The notes below the pieces were generated by a model. That model ran no database searches. It was given only the letters and a program-made list of their open reading frames with translations, and had not been told where the DNA came from. 64,000 nucleotides of DNA from Ignavibacteriales bacterium (GTDB lineage Bacteria > Bacteroidota > Ignavibacteria > Ignavibacteriales > DAOSCP01), in assembly GCA_035361425.1 (NCBI GenBank), contig DAOSCP010000001.1, forward strand, positions 275,412 through 339,411. Reading direction: 5' to 3'. This document shows, one piece after another, positions 42,262-48,371 of the stretch. Numbering within the stretch: position 1 is the stretch's first letter; every line of letters begins with the position of its first letter. The translations under genes and the position numbers were made by a program.

Positions 42262-43257
42262 TTACAAATTATTTGAATTTTGCAAATCATCAAACAAACT
42301 ATTACCTATTTCTGGTTCCTTTAAATTATCAAAATCAAAACCATTTTTTCTATAAAATTTTGAATTTTGAAAAGCTTCTTCTGGATTTTTATTTGCATAA
42401 CAATAAATGCATCCATGTGGGCAACTATTAAAATATCCAATATCTTTTGCATCATAACACAAACACCCCTCACGAGTTGGTTTTTTATCATAACACAAAA
42501 AATCATCTTTTACTATATATTTTATTAAATTAAGATCAATGCAGCTGGTAGATTTTATATCAATTTTATCGGTCAGTGTCGGTTCTGTGCATATTTCTAA
42601 AGTTAGATTGAATTCATCAGCTATTTTCTTTAATTTTTTTAATATTGAAATTTGCTTTTCAATCGATGGTTCATAAAACTGTATTTGTTTCTCTCTATAA
42701 GCTTGATAAAAATTCTGTTTTGTTTTTTCGTAAAAATCGACAAAACTTGTAATACATTTATTAACCATTGGAGATAAAATTTTTGCAAGTTCATAAAATT
42801 TATCATAGATATACAACTCAGTTGTTATTGATGAAAGAATAATTGGATCAAATCTCCATTGCACATAATGCTTACCATATCTTTTTGCAAGATACTCGAC
42901 AGTCTTAATAACAAAATCTAATTTTGGATTTCTGATTTCTAATTCTTTTGGTTGCCCATTGATTGTAATATGCATATAATGAGCTTTATTGTAATTATCA
43001 TCGATATAATTTAAATATTTCAATAGAGGATAAGGATTTCTTGTCCAGAAAACAAAAGCAGTAACAGCCTCTGGTCTCAGATTTGTATAAATAGGCTTTT
43101 TAGAAAACGGATTAGGATAGTAAACATATCCAACTTTAAGTCTATTGTAAAACCAATCAGCATAGTAAGCTGGGATATCAGTTCTTCTACTAACACTTAT
43201 AATTTTTTTCATAGTATTTTTTAATTTTTCTTTGAAATATATTGAAATTCTATACAA
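42262..43257 (-). CDS. DUF1848-family protein (Cys-cluster, possible Fe-S)
   Basis: It has SVSRRTDIPAYYADWFYNRL near the N-terminus and a C-terminal CPHGCIYCYAN. The likely true start is the Met at 43212 (MKKIISVS...). Confidence 0.6.
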   Translation of the reverse strand: MYRISIYFKEKLKNTMKKIISVSRRTDIPAYYADWFYNRLKVGYVYYPNPFSKKPIYTNLRPEAVTAFVFWTRNPYPLLKYLNYIDDNYNKAHYMHITINGQPKELEIRNPKLDFVIKTVEYLAKRYGKHYVQWRFDPIILSSITTELYIYDKFYELAKILSPMVNKCITSFVDFYEKTKQNFYQAYREKQIQFYEPSIEKQISILKKLKKIADEFNLTLEICTEPTLTDKIDIKSTSCIDLNLIKYIVKDDFLCYDKKPTREGCLCYDAKDIGYFNSCPHGCIYCYANKNPEEAFQNSKFYRKNGFDFDNLKEPEIGNSLFDDLQNSNNL

Positions 43258-43422
43258 CTCTACAACATTTTTTATATAACATTATTCATATGTTAAAATT
43301 ATTTGTAATATTTTTTCAATAATTAAAAACTTAATTTAAAAATATTATTTTTATTTATTAATTTCAAGTTTAATTTTAATTTATCTAACAATAAAATAAT
43401 CAAATTAAATTATGAGGAAATA

Positions 43423-43579
43423 ATGCCTGCAACAACTAAAAAAGACTAAAAAAGTATGTCAAAGATGTAAAAAAGAAAAACTTCTTTCAGAATTTTACCA
43501 TAATACAACCAAATCAGATAAACATAATGGCATCTGTAAACAATGCCAGGACGATGTAAAAAAAGTAATAGATAAGTAA
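43423..43579 (+). pseudogene. Small zinc-ribbon ORF (CxxC...CxxC) with a start and body in different frames
   Basis: GAGGAAATA-ATG at 43423 gives MPATTKKD then TAA. The +1 frame from about 43424 gives ...KKTKKVCQRCKKEKLLSEFYHNTTKSDKHNGICKQCQDDVKKVIDK with a stop at 43577-43579. That frame has no ATG, GTG or TTG start. Confidence 0.45.
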
Positions 43580-43602
43580 AAATCATATCCTATAAGTGTA
43601 TT

Positions 43603-43659
43603 AGAAGTTTAAATTTCATTGGCAACTAAATTATCCCACCTTTGAATATTTAAACTTCT
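43603..43659. repeat. Perfect 12-bp inverted repeat with a 33-nt spacer
   Basis: The arms are AGAAGTTTAAAT (43603-43614) and ATTTAAACTTCT (43648-43659). No U-run follows on either strand. Confidence 0.7.
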
Positions 43660-43738
43660 CACTAAAAAAAATTTATATAAGTATCAATAGATGATACCGT
43701 TAAACCTTTAAATTTGTATAAAAAAAATTATTTAGCTT

Positions 43739-44050
43739 ATGAAAAAGAATTTATTAAAAAATTTAAGAAATGGAATTATTTTTGTAGGAAACAGCATTAA
43801 TTTAATAGAAGAAAGTAACTTTCAGGTTCCATAAAAAATTATTCTATTTCATGGACTTGATGTTGTTGAAACTGATAATTATTTTCTTCAATACAATAAT
43901 GAAAATAGAGATTTAAATGGAAAAGAAATAACTATTTCCAATGATGAATCTATAAAAATAAAAAGGAAAACTAATAAAAGTTGATGAAAAAACTGTTGAA
44001 GAAAATAGGCTGGAAACAAATTCATACTATATTACTATCGATAGAAACAT
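43739..44050 (+). pseudogene. ORF remnants upstream of, and in frame with, the Hsp70-like gene
   Basis: The ATG at 43739 gives MKKNLLKNLRNGIIFVGNSINLIEESNFQVP, then TAA at 43832-43834, then KIILFHGLDVVETDNYFLQYNNENRDLNGKEITISNDESIKIK. From 43962 to 44069 a different frame is open (KGKLIKVDEKTVEENRLETNSYYITIDRNI). This is either a separate small gene or a decayed N-terminal extension. Confidence 0.35.
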
Positions 44051-45969
44051 ATGCCATCTCAAAATAAATTAGATCACAATTTCAATTTTAAATTATACAT
44101 TGATGATGAATTTAAATATATAAACTTAAAAATAGAAAAAGCTGAAGAAACAGAATCTGTATTATGTATAGATTTTGGTACAAGTAATACAACTACCGGC
44201 ACTCAATTCGCTGGAACTAAAAATAAAAAATTAAAGAAACTTTGTAAAGGTGAGTTTAATTATGTTAGATTTAAAAATAATACCAATGAAACTGAAGTAT
44301 TTATTCCAACAATTATGTTAACATATGATTTTAATGATACAGATAAAAAATTCATTATAGGCTATGAAGCACAAAAGATGATTGAAGAAGCAGATTTCAT
44401 TCCTAAAGGAACAATTATAACCAACTTAAAAAAGCTATTAAATAAAATTGATGATACACAAACCCTTTACGACCAAAATAGAACTCGCGAGAAAGTTAAG
44501 AATTCAGAACTTGTTAAATACTTTATTGATTATATAATTAAATAGGTTTATTTTTAAATTCTGACAGAATTTACACAAAATATTACTTTACATTTCCTGT
44601 AAAATTTCCAGAAGATGTAAGAAATAAGATAAAAATATCTTTCAAAAGAGGATTATTAAGAAGTATTCCATATAGTATTATTGATGAAAACTTTATAGAA
44701 AACTTTATAGTTGCATATCAAGGAACAGAACTAATAGCATATTTTATTAAAGCATTAAGAGTTTATAACTTAACGGATGATGAATTTAATTTTGCTATCT
44801 TCGATTTTGGTGGTAGTACATCCGATTTTGCTTTTGGAAAATATAGACCTTCTAACGAAAAAGAAGAAGAAAATAATATTTATTATGTTATAAGTATATC
44901 TGATATGGGAGGAGACTAATATTTAGGGGGCAAAAATATATTAAATAACTTAGCCTATCTTACTTTTAAGGAAAATATATCCTTATGTAGAGAATTAGAT
45001 ATCCCATTTGTATGACCGGACAATGTTTCTGAAGACGTGGCAAAATTTTTCTTAGATGAATCAACCGCTGCTTATGCTAATATGTCAATTATGCGAAATG
45101 TATTGAGGGAATTCTGGATAAATTTAGGAAAAGCTTCCGATTTTTACATCCCTCCAATACCAGTACAAAATTTTCTAAATAAAAAAGGTGAAAATATAAC
45201 CGATACAGAAAATAACACTATTTCTATACCTGTTGACATATTAAAAGAATGGACTTATAATAGAATATTAGATGGAATTAAAGAATTTCTTGGTGGATTT
45301 AAGCAAGCATTTAAGAATATAAAAAAAGATGAACCAGTGCATGTGTTTTTATCAGGCAATGCAAGTAAATCATTAGTTCTTCAGGCAATTATGGATGCTT
45401 TATTTAATGATGGTAATAATCTTGATAGCAGTAAATATTCAGATGACCTAATTGATTTTGCAACAAATTCAGCCAAAATTGAAAACTTCAATTACAAAAT
45501 TGAATATCACCTACCTTTAATTAATGAAGATAACGATTACAATAAACCAAATTGTAAAACTGCTACTGCTTTAGGTCTTTTAGAACTTTGTACATACGAG
45601 GAAAATTATAAAATTGACGATAAAACGCAAAACAAGAAATACTTCATATTGGGAACACGTATAAGAGATAATTTTAAAATTATAATTAAAGATGCAAAAT
45701 CTGAGTGGTATGATTTTGGTAAAGTAAGTAATACAACTAAGTGTATTAACATATTTTATACTAATAAAGATAGTATTCTTCTTGAGGATAATATAAGCTA
45801 TGACGATAATAGATTATCTAGAACAGAATTAAATTATGAAGATAAAAGAAAAGATTTAAGATGTTTTATCAAACCTATAGATAACAGTAAAATTCAATAT
45901 ACTTTTGCTTTAACTGAAGAAGATATTAATGAAAAAAACATAAAAAAATTAGAATTAAAATTTAATTAA
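44051..45969 (+). pseudogene. Hsp70/actin-fold (ASKHA) ATPase-like protein, about 640 codons, disrupted
   Basis: The phosphate-1 motif is VLCIDFGTSNTTTG, the phosphate-2 motif is FAIFDFGGSTSDFAFG, and the third motif is VHVFLSGNASKSLVLQAI. The reading needs a -1 correction at 44540-44542. It contains an in-frame TAA (44917-44919, MGGD*YLGG) and an in-frame TGA (45013-45015, IPFV*PDN). Track ORFs 44051..44545 and 45037..45969 are its two ends. Confidence 0.7.
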
Positions 45970-45979
45970 GGTGTAAATT

Positions 45980-46915
45980 ATGTTATTAGTAGATTTATTA
46001 AAATTTCTCATACCAACAGACTTATTCCAGGTATTTTTTCTTTCTTATTTTACTTGGTTTAGGTCTGTGGAATTATTTATCAATTAAAAAGCAAGCTATT
46101 CCAGAAAATTGGGAATATAATTGAGCTAGCGGCACTAAAAATAATGATAATGATTTAGATTCTGAACATGGCTCACTTATTGAATTAAGCCCAGCTATCG
46201 CAACTAAAGCAGAAAAATGGGCTGATATGATACCCGGTATTATGTTGATAACTGGCTTATTTAGAACTTTTATTGGATTAGGTATAGCTTTGAATAAAGT
46301 TTTTTAATTCTTACCAATGCTCAAAGCGGTGATTTTAATACTTTGATGAATAATCTTATGCAAATGATGGAAGGATTGGGCACAAAGTTTAAAACTTCAA
46401 CCTGGGGTATAATAGGCTTTTTAGTATATAAAACTATTATCTATCTCAACGGTTTTGAAGAAAGAAGATTGCGATGGGTTATTATCAAAATGAAAAAGGA
46501 ATTCGACTCAGTTAATTATAAAAAAACCTTTAAAAATCTGATTTTTGAAAAAAGTAGTGCTAAAATTAGTCCCAAAGTAAAAGAAATATTCATACAAACA
46601 CAACCGCGTAAAAAAGAGTTTTTACAAAAAGTTCCTATTGGTAAAATTTATATTGATGGTCACACAGATAATGAACCAGTACCATATCCAATAACAGATT
46701 TTCAAAGATACGGTGCTGTTTATGATGATAATTATACTCTTTCTCCAGCACAAGCAAGAGAAGCAAGAAACATTTTAGTAGGTAACCTGGACGAAGAGCT
46801 ATCAAGGTATATTATTGTAGCAGGCTATTACTCTTCGATTCCTTTAGATCCTAAAAATCCTGCTGCTGATATAAATAGACGAGTAGAAATAAGGTTTGTA
46901 GTTGAATATAATTGA
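45980..46915 (+). pseudogene. MotA/ExbB/TolQ-like channel fused to an OmpA/MotB-like peptidoglycan-binding domain, disrupted
   Basis: AAGGTG precedes the ATG at 45980. The reconstructed protein is MLLVDLLKFLIPTDLFQVFFFLILLGLGLWNYL...WADMIPGIMLITGLFRTFIGLGIALNKVFLILTNAQSGDFNTLMNNLMQMMEGLGTKFKTSTWGIIGFLVYKTIIYL. It then continues in the same uninterrupted ORF (46343..46915) with KIYIDGHTDNEP...YTLSPAQAREARNIL...NRRVEIRF. The lesions are T6 runs at 46034-46039 and 46300-46305 (frame changes) and a TGA at 46122-46124. Confidence 0.6.
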
Positions 46916-46927
46916 GGGTAAAATAGT

Positions 46928-47215
46928 ATGAACAAGTTTCTCAAAATAATTTTTCTTTTTTCTGCGGCTATGTTATTTTTAGGTATATTTAATCAGCCAA
47001 CTGTTTTTTATAAATACTTGAGATTTATAATAACAGTTGGAGCTTTAGTTGGAATTTATAATGAATTTGATAAAAATTCTTATTTCTGGATAATTTCCTT
47101 TTTGATAATTGCAGTTTTATTTAACCCAATTTTTCCTGTTTACTTATAAAAAAAAATTTATTGGATATTTATCGATTTAATTTCCGGAATTTTATTTGCT
47201 GTTAAAGCATTTTAG
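46928..47215 (+). pseudogene. DUF6804-like small membrane protein with an in-frame TAA
   Basis: It reads MNKFLKIIFLFSAAMLFLGIFNQPTVFYKYLRFIITVGALVGIYNEF...AVLFNPIFPVYL, then TAA at 47147-47149, then KKIYWIFIDLISGILFAVKAF and TAG. The post-stop segment continues the family pattern (NP..P..L....W..ID) as I remember it. Confidence 0.5.
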
Positions 47216-47243
47216 GTAAAATAATCTTTATTGAAAAATATAT

Positions 47244-47603
47244 TTAATCTAATGGATAAACTTCATAAACCCACATTATATCATCAAAATCAACATATAG
47301 GTGGAGCTTATCATTTTGAGAATATAATCTTACACATCTAACATCACATATTAGCCCATCTTCATTTACATATTTCCATTTAATAATAAGATCTCCATCC
47401 TCGTCATATTTTTCTGAAAATTTTGTAACTATGTCATAAACTTGTTGCTTAGCACTAAATATTTTTATTCTTTCTTTATCTGTATTTACAATAATAAGAA
47501 CATTTTTAGGCTCCCAACTACTCCAATCAGACCACTTTTTAGTACTTTCATTTCTTACTCTTATTGATAAAGCACTAGATTTTAATTTAAATACTTCTGC
47601 CAT
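47244..47603 (-). CDS. Hypothetical small protein (119 aa), intact
   Basis: An ORF with no recognisable motifs. It is convergent with the island operon. Confidence 0.5.
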   Translation of the reverse strand: MAEVFKLKSSALSIRVRNESTKKWSDWSSWEPKNVLIIVNTDKERIKIFSAKQQVYDIVTKFSEKYDEDGDLIIKWKYVNEDGLICDVRCVRLYSQNDKLHLYVDFDDIMWVYEVYPLD

Positions 47604-47722
47604 ACATGTATTAAAAGTTAAAAAGAAAGTTATAAAAATCGAAAATAAAATTTTGATTTTTGCATACTTCCCCCTTTTATCCTAATTTGATTAGTGTGTA
47701 TAAAATTGAATTTTTCCATAAA

Positions 47723-47760
47723 AAATCTAACAAAGTATTAAATTTTACTTTGTTAGATTT
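47723..47760 (-). terminator. Intrinsic terminator downstream of bcp
   Basis: A 15-bp perfect inverted repeat, AAATCTAACAAAGTA...TACTTTGTTAGATTT, is followed on the minus strand by TTTTT. Confidence 0.75.
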
Positions 47761-47800
47761 TATATAAATTGAAACTAAAAAATAGATATTTCATTATTTT

Positions 47801-48316
47801 TTACTTACTATTTTTCACTGCAGCAAGAATATCATTGACATGATTTTCTATATCAACATTTCTTATAATTTTGATAATTTTCATATCTGGAGAAATGATA
47901 AATGTAACTCGGCTGGAAAATCCCAGTGCATTTAATACACCGTAATTTTTAGAAACCTCTTTTGATTCATCGGATAAAAGAGTATAATTCAAATTATATT
48001 TTTTTGCAAATTCCTGTAAAGCATCTTTACTATCAACACTTACACCAAAAACTTGAATATTATTATCTTTTAGCGTTTGTATATTATCACGAATTCCGCA
48101 GGCTTGTTTTGTACATCCTGGAGTAGAAGCTTTGGGGTAAAAATAAATAACAACAAAATTTTTACTTTTATAATCGTAAAGAGTATAATTTTTTCCATCT
48201 TTATCTGGAAGAGTGAAATTTATTGCATCCTGCCCTTCTTGAATGGATTGAGCATTTCCCCCACAAGAAGTTAATATTAAGGATGATATCAAACTAAAAA
48301 ATTTCAAAAATTTCAT
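47801..48316 (-). CDS. bcp: Thiol peroxidase / peroxiredoxin Bcp type, lipoprotein signal
   Basis: It has the PKASTPGCTKQAC peroxidatic Cys motif and the N-terminal lipobox LILTSCG. Confidence 0.85.
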   Translation of the reverse strand: MKFLKFFSLISSLILTSCGGNAQSIQEGQDAINFTLPDKDGKNYTLYDYKSKNFVVIYFYPKASTPGCTKQACGIRDNIQTLKDNNIQVFGVSVDSKDALQEFAKKYNLNYTLLSDESKEVSKNYGVLNALGFSSRVTFIISPDMKIIKIIRNVDIENHVNDILAAVKNSK

Positions 48317-48371
48317 TATATTACCTGTATTTTGTTATATGATTAACAAAAACTCAGGCTAATAAGTTCTT

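Noticed and set aside
36886-47215. Stop-codon reassignment (alternative genetic code, for example TAG=Gln or TGA=Trp) as the explanation for the in-frame stops in the island and in nanE
   Set aside because: All three stop codons (TAA, TAG and TGA) occur in-frame in these genes, and they are accompanied by true frameshifts. Intact neighbouring genes clearly terminate at each of them: metY and the T9SS protease at TAG, the ferredoxin subunit and recF at TGA, and many genes at TAA. No single recoding scheme fits, so decay or consensus error is more parsimonious.
43258-47720. Calling the island a canonical Zorya system
   Set aside because: Only a MotA-like and OmpA-like component is present, and it is fused and short. 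There is no long ZorA tail, no ZorC/ZorD-type helicase or nuclease, and no ZorE HNH. The analogy is architectural only.
43258-47720. Prophage or integrative element with att sites
   Set aside because: No integrase, recombinase, transposase or tRNA lies at either border. The short words shared by the two borders (for example ATAAAATT) are expected by chance in such AT-rich DNA.
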